A stretch of DNA of 54,832 bases from Candidatus Paceibacter sp. (GTDB lineage Bacteria > Patescibacteriota > Patescibacteriia > Magasanikbacterales > UBA922). The stretch lies in NCBI GenBank assembly GCA_020725175.1, contig DYFM01000010.1, positions 1 through 54,832 on the forward strand. Direction: 5' to 3'. The position numbers and the translations under genes were made by a program. Numbering within the stretch: the stretch's first letter is position 1; every line of letters begins with the position of its first letter. Of the stretch, positions 18,417 through 27,468 are shown piece after piece. The notes below the pieces were generated by a model. That model had not been told where the DNA came from. It saw only the letters and a program-made list of their open reading frames with translations, and made no database searches.

Positions 18417-19846
18417 TTTTTATTTTTATCATCTTGCTCTTCTTATTTTTCCTTATTTCTTGGAAAAATCTCGTGTGGGGTCTTGCTGTTTTTTTTACAC
18501 TTCTCCCTACGTACCTTATTCGGTTTCACATTGGACCAATACCAACCACATTTTTGGAAATACTGTTTTGGATTCTATTTTTTGTTTGGATCACAAAGCA
18601 AACGAAACAGGGCTCCCTCATTTCAAATGTCAAATTACATTTCTCCAAGCACCCAACACTCTTCCTTGCGCTTTCTCTCTTTCTCGCTGGCGCAACAATG
18701 GCTATTTTTTTCTCATCCAATCTTCGTTCAGCTCTTGGTGAGTGGAAAGCATTTTACATTGAACCAGTATTACTTTTTTTTATTCTTATTCAAACGATCA
18801 AAACAAAACAGCAAGTCCATCTTATCCTTAAAGGAATCCTCTTCTCAGGTTTCATCACCGCACTTCTCGCAATCTACCAACACTTCACCGGCTGGCTCGT
18901 ACCGCACGCCTTCTGGGCAAATCGAAATACGTATCGTGTCACCGCTTGGTATGGATTTCCAAATGCGGTTGGATTATTCCTCGGACCATTGGTACCCTTG
19001 GCACTTTACTTACTGACTGAGCGCTGGAAAAAGATTCAAGAAACAAGTTACAAGAAACAAGCAAATCTCAATCATAAAAGTCCAAATCTCAATTGGCTGT
19101 GGAAATTAGAAATTGGAAATTGGAAATTGTTTGTTTCTTGTGTCTTGTATCTTGGAATATTATCTGCACTCATTCTAGCCATCATTTACGCAAAATCAAC
19201 CGGCACTCTGATCGGTATCGCAGCCGGAACTGGTATCCTTCTTCTCTTTTATAAAAAAACTCGTTGGCCGGCAGTACTACTTGGTCTCGCCGGGCTTGTT
19301 GTTTTATTTATTCTCCCGGCAAATAATCCAATAAAGGCAGAGCTTCTCGCCCAGGATCGCTCTGGGCAAATTCGTATCCAAATGTGGGGTGAAACAGTAG
19401 AATTATTATCTGACTATCCAATTACTGGTGCCGGATTGGCTTCGTATTCTGAAAAAATTGCCCCTTACCACACCCCGGTAAATGGTGAGCGAATTGAGAT
19501 CTTTCATCATCCGCACAATATCTTCATGACGATGTGGGTAAATGTAGGATTGTTGGGATTGGTCGGATTTATGTGGGTGCTGGTATTTTTTTATAGACTT
19601 GGAGTACATCTCTGGAAATTGAAAATTGGAAATTGTCAGCCCAAGGCTGATCCGCCTTGGGCGGAGAAATTAGGGATTTTCCTGATGAGTAGTATGACGG
19701 TAATTCTGGTGAGTGGACTGGTCGATTCGCCGTATATCAAAAATGATTTGGCGATGTTGTTTTGGTTGATAGTGGGATTGATGGTTGTGTCTTCTTCACA
19801 AACAGTACAACCATACAAGCTAAAGAAGTATACCATTTCAGAGTAA
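18413..19846 (+). CDS. O-antigen ligase family (Wzy_C/WaaL-like) protein carrying two in-frame repeat insertions
   Basis: RVTAWYGFPNA, R..MW, PITGAG, HPHNIF motifs; multi-TM. Confidence 0.88.
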   Translation: MIFIFIILLFLFFLISWKNLVWGLAVFFTLLPTYLIRFHIGPIPTTFLEILFWILFFVWITKQTKQGSLISNVKLHFSKHPTLFLALSLFLAGATMAIFFSSNLRSALGEWKAFYIEPVLLFFILIQTIKTKQQVHLILKGILFSGFITALLAIYQHFTGWLVPHAFWANRNTYRVTAWYGFPNAVGLFLGPLVPLALYLLTERWKKIQETSYKKQANLNHKSPNLNWLWKLEIGNWKLFVSCVLYLGILSALILAIIYAKSTGTLIGIAAGTGILLLFYKKTRWPAVLLGLAGLVVLFILPANNPIKAELLAQDRSGQIRIQMWGETVELLSDYPITGAGLASYSEKIAPYHTPVNGERIEIFHHPHNIFMTMWVNVGLLGLVGFMWVLVFFYRLGVHLWKLKIGNCQPKADPPWAEKLGIFLMSSMTVILVSGLVDSPYIKNDLAMLFWLIVGLMVVSSSQTVQPYKLKKYTISE

Positions 19847-19902
19847 CACAAAAGCGTTCAATTTTTTTCAGTACACTTTTTTTCTTTGTAAAATGTTTAA
19901 GT

Positions 19903-20316
19903 ATGAAAGAAAGAAAAAAATCGGTTGGTTGTTTTTTAACCCACAATAACACTTTTCTTATAATGCATCGAACATCTCATTCCTACGGCGGAGCAAAGTG
20001 GGGACTGGTTGGTGGAAAAGTAGAAATAAATGAAGATCCCAGACAGTCAGTCATCCGCGAAATTTCTGAAGAGACAGGAATACATGTCCAAGAACACGAA
20101 CCGGTGTTTATTGCTGAAACGATTCTTGAATATCCTGATGTTAAATGGAAATTTTCCCTCTTTCGATTGCCATTTGTGGAAAGACCTACAATTATTCTTG
20201 ATACAAAAGAACACCAAGCGTTTCAGTGGGTGACCAAAGAGGAAGCCAATGCTCGAGAAGATCTTATGCCGGGACTGTATGTATTGTTGGAGAGGTTCGA
20301 GAATCAGGTCTTCTAA
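19903..20316 (+). CDS. NUDIX hydrolase
   Basis: GGKVEINEDPRQSVIREISEETG Nudix box. Confidence 0.92.
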   Translation: MKERKKSVGCFLTHNNTFLIMHRTSHSYGGAKWGLVGGKVEINEDPRQSVIREISEETGIHVQEHEPVFIAETILEYPDVKWKFSLFRLPFVERPTIILDTKEHQAFQWVTKEEANAREDLMPGLYVLLERFENQVF

Positions 20317-20347
20317 AAATACTTTTTTATCTACCAAATACTTTCAT

Positions 20348-20632
20348 ATGTCACAATGGAAAACCCCCTCCCTCAAAAAACTTGCCCAAACACTGACCGA
20401 CATAGATTCAGAAGATCTTATGATGCGATTTTTGCGTGATTTATGCACTCTCGAAGAACTTTCTGTGTTGTCTGTACGATGGAAGGCGGTCAAACTCTTA
20501 GAAAAAGGGATTTCTTATCGCGACATATCAAAGCAAACTGGTCTTTCGACAACCACTATTGGCCGCATTTCTCACTGGCTCCAACACGGCGAAAACGGAT
20601 ACAAAGATGCGCTAAGTCTTAAGAAAACATAA
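20348..20632 (+). CDS. TrpR-like repressor (YerC/YecD family)
   Basis: FLRDLCTLEEL...RW...SYRDISKQTGLSTTTIGRI...GENGY. Confidence 0.9.
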   Translation: MSQWKTPSLKKLAQTLTDIDSEDLMMRFLRDLCTLEELSVLSVRWKAVKLLEKGISYRDISKQTGLSTTTIGRISHWLQHGENGYKDALSLKKT

Positions 20633-20662
20633 CATAGTAAACCACTTATCCCCAACCGCTTC

Positions 20663-20708
20663 TTGACAACAGCCAACAATTGTATTACTGTATTAATACA
20701 TTGATACA
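20663..20708 (+). promoter_or_regulatory. Promoter with overlapping palindromic operator(s)
   Basis: TTGACA-N17-TACTGT; overlapped by TGTATTAATACA and GTATTAATACATTGATAC palindromes. Confidence 0.55.
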
Positions 20709-20712
20709 CATT

Positions 20713-20823
20713 ATGATACAAGCAACATTCTCACAAACCATGCACCACACCATACGTCTGAGATGATCAAGACTTCTTGATGATACTCAGATGTTTCAAT
20801 CGCTTTTAGGCGATTTTTTGTTT
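20713..20823 (+). promoter_or_regulatory. Attenuator-like leader: short ORF MIQATFSQTMHHTIRLR, stem-loop and terminator
   Basis: ORF 20713-20766; TCTGAG/CTCAGA stem; AATCGC/GCGATT hairpin with T tract. Confidence 0.45.
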
Positions 20824-20835
20824 ATTCATTTTTTT

Positions 20836-21804
20836 ATGAACTCTACTTTCCCCAGCAAACTCATGCTCAACGACGGCATTCGAATAATTGCCCCCTCTTT
20901 GAGCAAAACAACAGTCGATGAAATAACCCTGCAGCAGTCTCAATCCTTTTTCGAAGCCAATGGTTATTCGATAACGTTTGGCACATATACAGAAGAGTGC
21001 AATCTCTTTGATTCATCACCAATTCAGAGCCGACTCTCAGATATTGCCGACGCCCTGAATGATCCCGACACCAAGATGATCTTACCTGCAATCGGCGGAT
21101 ACAACTGCAACCAACTTTTACCATTTCTCGACTATGAAACAATTCAGCAGACAAAAAAAATCTGGTGTGGCATGTCAGATATTACGGTCCTTCTCAATGC
21201 TATCTATGCCAAAACTGGTCTTGTGACGTATCTGGGTCCCAATTTTAATCGGTTTGGTTTGGAAGCAGAACGAGAGTACACAGCGCAATCTTTTTTTGCT
21301 GCAGTCTCAGGAGAAACAACCACACCTCTATCAACCTCCTCCTATTACTTTGACCAAAACAACAGAGAAATAAATCCGGGACCAATCATCATCAATAGTG
21401 GTCATGCCAAAGGAACAATCATCGGAGGCAATCTGTGTTCGTTCAATCTGCTCCAAGGTACGGAGTATATGCCACCGCTCAAAAATAGCATCTTGTTTAT
21501 TGAAGATGATCCACTACTCGAAGATTTTGCGGTCGAATTCGAGCGCAATCTCTACTCGGTACTGCAACAGAAGGATGGCAGAAGTATTCGGGGTATTTGT
21601 ATTGGACGATTTGAAAAGGCGTGTAGCATGACAACAGAAAAGTTGAACGCTATATTTGATACTGATCCGCTGTTCAAATCAATTCCCATTATTGCCAACC
21701 TTGATTTTGGTCACACGCTTCCCATGGCAACCATACCAATTGGCGGAACAGCAGAAATCATTGCAACAGAAGAGCAAGCTCAAATATTTCTATTACAACA
21801 ATGA
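20836..21804 (+). CDS. S66 family peptidase (LD-carboxypeptidase / MccF-like)
   Basis: IIAPS, IGGYN, GMSDIT (Ser), GGNL, FIED (Glu), DFGH (His) triad. Confidence 0.93.
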   Translation: MNSTFPSKLMLNDGIRIIAPSLSKTTVDEITLQQSQSFFEANGYSITFGTYTEECNLFDSSPIQSRLSDIADALNDPDTKMILPAIGGYNCNQLLPFLDYETIQQTKKIWCGMSDITVLLNAIYAKTGLVTYLGPNFNRFGLEAEREYTAQSFFAAVSGETTTPLSTSSYYFDQNNREINPGPIIINSGHAKGTIIGGNLCSFNLLQGTEYMPPLKNSILFIEDDPLLEDFAVEFERNLYSVLQQKDGRSIRGICIGRFEKACSMTTEKLNAIFDTDPLFKSIPIIANLDFGHTLPMATIPIGGTAEIIATEEQAQIFLLQQ

Positions 21805-21810
21805 ACCTAC

Positions 21811-21890
21811 GGAATAACTCACGACCCGCAGGGAGTGAGCTAGAAAGAACGTGCATTTCAACTCACTCCCTGCGGGTCGTGAGTTGTTCC
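21811..21890. repeat. REPIN-like 29-bp hairpin
   Basis: GGAATAACTCACGACCCGCAGGGAGTGAG and its reverse complement with 1 difference; 22-nt loop. Confidence 0.9.
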
Positions 21891-22009
21891 ACATTTATTC
21901 TTCAATATGACGTGCATACACTTTTTGAATATTCTTTTTGAGTAGCGACAGCTAGTCAATTTTGACTGCCTTTCCCTCCTCAAAAAAACGAGGAGGAAGG
22001 AGCAAAATA

Positions 22010-22876
22010 GTGAGCGGACGGTACGGACGAGGTGGGCGACCTTTCGGGGTCGTCCACCTCAACCCTCTCCGACAGGAAGCTGTCCGGAGGGGGTTGATCA
22101 AGCCGGGAGAGCGGTCGGTCGATGCTCTCCCGGTTGAAGAATTCCGAACTCTAACAACAATTCTCAATGACCTGCCGCGACCGGGCAGGCCTTTGAGCGC
22201 CGAGGGTCAGCGGTTGGTCGCCGCCGCCCTGCTCGACAATACACCACTTTCGACACTGTCCATCGTTTGTGTCTCGTTGACGCAGAAAAAACGATGGACA
22301 GCCGAGGGTGGCCGTTTCTCGCTCACGCTCGGAGAGCAAGAAATGTACGACCGAGCCGAGCACGTCCGTGAGGCCTGTCGCCAGTTGGGCCTCGTGTTTC
22401 AATGGCGTCTGGTCCTCGCAGACGCCTGGTCGGTGAATCTCTTCCCGGAGGCCACCGACCTCGCCATCAACGACGCGTACTGCTCGTTGATGGCAACCGA
22501 GACCCAGCGGCGGGGCCTGCTCCCGCCCGTCCGCTGGACAACCCTGATGCGAGAGAAAAAAAATCTCTTCCTTCGTGGTCTCGAGCTCGCCAGAGCCGAG
22601 ATCACGAAGGAGATGGTGCGAGCCGAGGCGGAGCGGGGGGAAACCCGTTTCGACTCGCACCGGGACAAGGACCACGCCCTCGAGCTCGCTCGTCGCCACA
22701 TCGAGTGGCGAGCGGCCGAGGGCGTGGTCTTCACCGAGCTGTGGGGGCAGCAGCTCGGCCTCTCCACCGAGTCCCACCGCCTCCGCCGGTGGGACAACCT
22801 GGTCGTGCCGAGGGAGGTCTACCCTTGGCATGACTTCATGCCGAAATACCCACACTGGCCGGATAGCTGGCACTAG
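22010..22876 (+). CDS. GC-rich hypothetical protein, probably horizontally acquired
   Basis: GTG start after an AGGAG RBS; GC visibly higher than flanks; followed by a terminator. Confidence 0.7.
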   Translation: MSGRYGRGGRPFGVVHLNPLRQEAVRRGLIKPGERSVDALPVEEFRTLTTILNDLPRPGRPLSAEGQRLVAAALLDNTPLSTLSIVCVSLTQKKRWTAEGGRFSLTLGEQEMYDRAEHVREACRQLGLVFQWRLVLADAWSVNLFPEATDLAINDAYCSLMATETQRRGLLPPVRWTTLMREKKNLFLRGLELARAEITKEMVRAEAERGETRFDSHRDKDHALELARRHIEWRAAEGVVFTELWGQQLGLSTESHRLRRWDNLVVPREVYPWHDFMPKYPHWPDSWH

Positions 22877-22959
22877 CCAGGCATCCGGCCAGCTGTGGAA
22901 AGCTGCGCGCACCGGCTTCATCCTGTGCGCACCAATCTTTTGTCTTGCAAGAAAAAAGT

Positions 22960-22999
22960 AAACAAAAAACCGAACTGCTTGTCAGCCGGTTTTTTGTTT
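22960..22999. terminator. Bidirectional terminator
   Basis: AAACAAAAAACCG...CGGTTTTTTGTTT between convergent genes. Confidence 0.7.
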
Positions 23000-23082
23000 A
23001 AAAGCATTTTCCCTAACAACCAACCCCTATCAAACATCACTACACCACTTGTTACTAATTACTTACTACCAGCTACTAAAAC

Positions 23083-24837
23083 CTATCCCTTCCTCTCTCG
23101 AATCTCAGAGAGCACCCGCTCCACAAAATTCTCCTTACTCATCTTCAACTGATCCTTCTCCCCGCGCACTCGAATCATCCAATCTTCCCCACTCATCTCT
23201 TTATCACCATACACTATAACGTACGGAATTTTTTGCCCGGCAGCTTTACGAACTTTATTACCAATGGTTTCCGAAGCATCGTCAACTGCAACACGAATGC
23301 CAAGCTCATCAAGTTCTCTAGCCAATTCGTTTGCCGCATCTACATGCTTGTCCGATACCGGAGCCAGTTGAATTTGAACCGGAGAAAGCCAAACCGGCCA
23401 GGCACCGGCATAGTGCTCAATCAAAAAGGCGGTGAATCGTTCATGAGTCGACAGTGGCGCCCGATGAATGACAAACACTTCATTATTTTCCGCCCCAGAA
23501 TCATCAACATAACTCAAACCAAAGCGCTCTTTCGCCGCAAAGTCTAGCTGTACCGTAGACATGGTTTCTTCTCGTCCAATAACTGACTTAAACTGAACAT
23601 CTACTTTTGGTCCGTAAAACGCCGCTTCGTCGTCAACTTCAACAAATTTCACGTTCATTTCTTCCAGCACTTCACGCAAAACCCCTTCTGCGTATTGCCA
23701 GTTTTCAGGTTGATTGATGTATTTCTCCAAATGGTCCGGGCTCCATTTGGATAACCGAAACCAATAGTTTTCGAGCTTAAACAACGAGAAGTAATGAATG
23801 ATAAGTTCCATTACCTTTTTAAACTCATCTTTGATTTGATCTTTGCGACAATAGATATGCGCGTCGTTCATTGCCAGTCCTCGCACTCGCAAGAGACCAG
23901 CCAATGTTCCGGACAACTCATTGCGATACACTGTACCGTATTCAGCCATCCGGAGTGGTAACTCACGATAGCTATGCTTCTTGTGTACGTAAATGCGGTG
24001 GTGATGCGGACAATTCATGGCTTTCAGATAATACGTGCCATCATCCATCACCATAGCCGGGTACATCCCATCTTTGTAATATGGTAAATGACCGGACGTC
24101 AAAAACAATTCTTCTTTCGCCATGTGTGGCGTTGTCACACGAACATATCCTTGCTTATGCTCCAATTCAAGTGCCAACCGTTCAATTTCACTTTTAATGA
24201 TATTTCCTTTTGGCAGCCACATGACTAACCCCTTTCCCACCATATCATCGATAAAAAACAATTCTTGTTCTTTTCCTATTTTTCTATGGTCACGGAGCTT
24301 TGCCTCTTCGAGCATCTGCAGATGTTGCTCCAACTCTTCTTGGGTAGGAAAACATGTTCCATAAATACGAGTGAGCATTTTATTTTTCTCACTTCCCCGC
24401 CAGTATGCTCCAGCCAAGGACAGTAGCTTGAAATGTTTCAACTCTTCTGACGGTTTATCAGTATGACCACCACGACACAAATCTGTAAATGAACCGGATG
24501 TATACAATGACAACGTCTGGCCTTCTTCAGCAAATTCATTGATCAACTCTTGCTTATATTCGTTGGAAGAAAAATATTCTAACGCGCCAGCTTTATCAAC
24601 TTCTTGTCGCGTAAAGCCTTGCCACGAAGAAACCAGTTCACGCATTTTTTCTTCGATACGAGGCAAATCATCTTCTGATACTTTTATCTCACCAAAATCA
24701 AAATCATAGTAAAATCCATTTTCAATTGCCGGCCCAATAGTCCGTTTTGCTTCCGGATATAACTCCATCACAGCCGCAGCAAGTAAATGCGCGCAGGAAT
24801 GGCGGAGATGTTCTAAAAACTGGTTATCTTCTGACAT
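23083..24837 (-). CDS. thrS: Threonine--tRNA ligase (lacking the N-terminal TGS domain)
   Basis: RHSCAH, DLCRGGH, RDHRKIG, KAMNCPHH, AAFYGPK, IHRA. Confidence 0.98.
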   Translation of the reverse strand: MSEDNQFLEHLRHSCAHLLAAAVMELYPEAKRTIGPAIENGFYYDFDFGEIKVSEDDLPRIEEKMRELVSSWQGFTRQEVDKAGALEYFSSNEYKQELINEFAEEGQTLSLYTSGSFTDLCRGGHTDKPSEELKHFKLLSLAGAYWRGSEKNKMLTRIYGTCFPTQEELEQHLQMLEEAKLRDHRKIGKEQELFFIDDMVGKGLVMWLPKGNIIKSEIERLALELEHKQGYVRVTTPHMAKEELFLTSGHLPYYKDGMYPAMVMDDGTYYLKAMNCPHHHRIYVHKKHSYRELPLRMAEYGTVYRNELSGTLAGLLRVRGLAMNDAHIYCRKDQIKDEFKKVMELIIHYFSLFKLENYWFRLSKWSPDHLEKYINQPENWQYAEGVLREVLEEMNVKFVEVDDEAAFYGPKVDVQFKSVIGREETMSTVQLDFAAKERFGLSYVDDSGAENNEVFVIHRAPLSTHERFTAFLIEHYAGAWPVWLSPVQIQLAPVSDKHVDAANELARELDELGIRVAVDDASETIGNKVRKAAGQKIPYVIVYGDKEMSGEDWMIRVRGEKDQLKMSKENFVERVLSEIRERKG

Positions 24838-24849
24838 ATATAATTGTTA

Positions 24850-24979
24850 AAATCTTAAGATACAAGATACAATTTCCAAACAAATTATAAAAAACAATTT
24901 CTAAGTTCCAAAACGAATTGGAAATTATGTATTATTTAGTAGATTTTGCTTGGAAATTGTATCTTGCGATTTGGAAATT
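24850..24979. repeat. About 130-nt palindromic element (CAAGATACAAG family)
   Basis: CAAGATACAATTTCCAA...TTGGAAATTGTATCTTG inverted arms; relatives at 19033, 27978, 28663, 47175. Confidence 0.8.
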
Positions 24980-25233
24980 AAAAAACCCCGACAACACACT
25001 GAATTTCTTCAATACATTCTCGGGGTCATTTTTGCTCGCATGTTCGTACAGTTCGTACGTTCTCACATAATGACGGTTCCACCCGTTATTTTACTTGTTT
25101 GAATTTGTACATCGTGTCTCGTTTGAGATATACAAGTGGTACCATACGGATTCTTTTGAAGAAAGCTCTCAGTCTTTGGCTTTCTCTCCCTTGGCAAAAG
25201 CGGGCCGCTGGGCTCGTTTGTATGTCACGATGT
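24980..25233 (-). ncRNA. T-box riboswitch (Thr, ACC specifier) upstream of thrS
   Basis: Stem I ACATCGTG/CACGATGT with AG-rich bulge and ACTGAGA distal loop; ACC-A candidate specifier at 25140-25137; T-box GGGTGGAACCGTCA pairing with TGACCC; terminator with U6. Confidence 0.85.
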
Positions 25234-25239
25234 GTTTGT

Positions 25240-25268
25240 ATACTAACTGATTTGAGTACGGGTGTCAA
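25240..25268 (-). promoter_or_regulatory. thrS promoter
   Basis: TTGACA-N17-TAGTAT immediately upstream of T-box stem I. Confidence 0.7.
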
Positions 25269-25409
25269 GAGCGACAAAGCTCTCTATTCCAAATTTTAAT
25301 TACTAAACAAACTTTCTTTAGCATCACTGTTCAGATAAGACATACACTGTCGAAATTCATACATATGTCAATAAACCCTTATTTCGTTATTTCTCTATTT
25401 CGTTATTTC

Positions 25410-26339
25410 CTATCGCTTATCCTTCCAAATCTGCGTGCAGTTTCCACTTCGGGTACTCTTATCAAAATACGATGGACACGAATTGTTTACATCGTTGTTT
25501 GGAAAACACAAGACTTCCCCCTCTTTATTGTATAGAGTACTAAAACTAGTATCACTACCTTGTTGATAGTAATACACAACCGTCTTACCAAATGTACACT
25601 GTTCAATAAACGATCGAGGATTGGTAGGACCACCTGAAAGCGTGATATCAATAAGCATGCTCAACCATTCTGCCTGAGCTGCCGGAGTATTGGGAATCTC
25701 TGATGAAGGAGGAAGTGGCTGTGGTGTAGGGGTAGGAGTATCTGTCTGACCACCAGAGGAAGATCCACCAGAAGAACCACTGGATCCGGAACCACTTTTT
25801 GAAGAAGATTTCGTTGACTGCTTTTTTGCTGGTAACACTGTTTGTGGCTCAGCTTGCGGCGACAGTGACGCAATTTCTTCCGGAGTACAATCACCTTCAT
25901 GTAGCACAGCTACTTGTTGTAATTCTGCAATACATCGGTTTACGTACGTTTTGTAATTCTCTCCACACACCGAGGGAGATGTTTCATCGCATGCACGAAT
26001 TTGCTGCAATTCTTCCGCGGCATCACTGTCATAAACTACTGCACCTGAAGAAATGGAACAAGAACCGTTTCCAAATAACAACAACGGACACGCTGTACCA
26101 TTGGCAAAAACACAATAAGAAACATTTATTCCGTTTTCTTCTTGTATCCCAACACTGTATCCTTTGACCAAACACTGTTCATACGCCTGTTCTTCTACCG
26201 TGACAACGGTGGGTTTTTTAATGACAGTTCCCGGTGTACTGGTAGAACCACCATTGTTATTTGAGTTTGTTCCACCCGAACAACCTGCTCCTATTAGCAA
26301 AATGGTTGCCGTGATGAAAAAAAAGGGACGGATTTTCAT
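25410..26339 (-). CDS. Cys-rich lipoprotein with DUF333-like and Kazal-type modules
   Basis: Lipobox LIGAGC; C.VKGY...YCVFANGTAC; VCGENYKTYVNRC...HEGDC; S/G/P linker. Confidence 0.75.
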   Translation of the reverse strand: MKIRPFFFITATILLIGAGCSGGTNSNNNGGSTSTPGTVIKKPTVVTVEEQAYEQCLVKGYSVGIQEENGINVSYCVFANGTACPLLLFGNGSCSISSGAVVYDSDAAEELQQIRACDETSPSVCGENYKTYVNRCIAELQQVAVLHEGDCTPEEIASLSPQAEPQTVLPAKKQSTKSSSKSGSGSSGSSGGSSSGGQTDTPTPTPQPLPPSSEIPNTPAAQAEWLSMLIDITLSGGPTNPRSFIEQCTFGKTVVYYYQQGSDTSFSTLYNKEGEVLCFPNNDVNNSCPSYFDKSTRSGNCTQIWKDKR

Positions 26340-27286
26340 AGCGATACGCAGTAACTATGTAAAATATTTGCAGAAGATCGTAAAAGTTTTTTTTCTTCAG
26401 ATGATAATCGAACCGGCCAATGTCGCTCTATACCATTTCTTCCAACCACCACCGGTAAACTCAGTGAAACGCAAGGACTGCCGTAGGTGGACGGCATCAT
26501 TGTGGAGAGCGGTAGTACTTGGCGCTGATCAAACACAATCGCTTCAATAATATCAGTCACTACCACACCAATTCCAAAATGGGTAGCGCCTTTTCGAGCA
26601 ATAATTTCATACGCTTCTTTTTTGACTGCTTGAGCTACTTTTTTCTGACGATTTTTTGTAAACCCGGGAATTCTGTCAACCGATACTCCGGCAACCGAAA
26701 CCGTACTCCACGCCACAAATTCGCTATCCCCATGTTCTCCAAGGACGTATCCCTGAACCGCTTGAGCTGAGACACCACACTCACGAGCTACATGCGCCCG
26801 AAGTCGGGCGGTGTCCAGTGCTGTACCAGTACCAAAAATTCTCTCCGGTGGTAATTTGATAATTTGATGTGTAAGATATGTCAGGACATCTACTGGGTTT
26901 GCCACCAACACAATCGTTGCGGTTGGCTTGACCGTTCCTATTGATGAAAAAATTGATCGAAGAATACCGGCGTTTTTCTTTACCAAATCCAATCTCGTTT
27001 CCCCTGGTTTTTGTGGTGCACCGGCAGTAATAACAAGAATATCAGCTTGGCCGGCATCAGAAAAATCCGCTCGCCGGATTGAACCCGTTTCAATAAACGC
27101 CGTCGTGTCAGCAATATCCATCACCTGCCCCTCTTCCATTTGTTCATTGATATCAACCAACAAAATATCAGCCACAATATTTTTGATAGCCAACGCATAG
27201 GCTGTTGTTGCTCCTACAGCACCAGCACCGATGATGGCGACTGACATTGGTTGTATCTTAGTACGTGTATTTATAGAAGATGGCAT
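26336..27286 (-). CDS. ldh: L-lactate dehydrogenase
   Basis: IIGAGAVG, TAGAPQKPGETRLDL, ANPVD, GTALDTAR, GEHGDS. Confidence 0.95.
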   Translation of the reverse strand: MPSSINTRTKIQPMSVAIIGAGAVGATTAYALAIKNIVADILLVDINEQMEEGQVMDIADTTAFIETGSIRRADFSDAGQADILVITAGAPQKPGETRLDLVKKNAGILRSIFSSIGTVKPTATIVLVANPVDVLTYLTHQIIKLPPERIFGTGTALDTARLRAHVARECGVSAQAVQGYVLGEHGDSEFVAWSTVSVAGVSVDRIPGFTKNRQKKVAQAVKKEAYEIIARKGATHFGIGVVVTDIIEAIVFDQRQVLPLSTMMPSTYGSPCVSLSLPVVVGRNGIERHWPVRLSSEEKKLLRSSANILHSYCVSL

Positions 27287-27319
27287 ATATTTTGCAAGTT
27301 GACGGAGAATCTACATTTT

Positions 27320-27416
27320 CTCAGTTAGCTAAGTTGACTTGGTTGACTGAGTATACTTTGCGAACTTAGCTATCTCAGTAAACACAGTCAACTCAGATAA
27401 CTCAGATAACTCAGCC
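27320..27416. repeat. Mirror 9-mer array (AACTCAGAT family)
   Basis: AGTTGACT-type units facing (AACTCAGAT)x2 plus variants. Confidence 0.65.
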
Positions 27417-27425
27417 TAGTATAAC

Positions 27426-27450
27426 AAAACTCGCCATATTTGGCGAGTTT
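27426..27450 (-). terminator. rplK terminator
   Basis: AAACTCGCCA/TGGCGAGTTT stem. Confidence 0.75.
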
Positions 27451-27468
27451 GCTGTGTATAATGTTGTT

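Noticed and set aside
22151-22961. Long overlapping ORFs (256, 143, 132, 128 aa) in the GC-rich patch
   Set aside because: Expected from stop-codon scarcity at high GC; only the + frame from 22010 has a clear RBS and terminator
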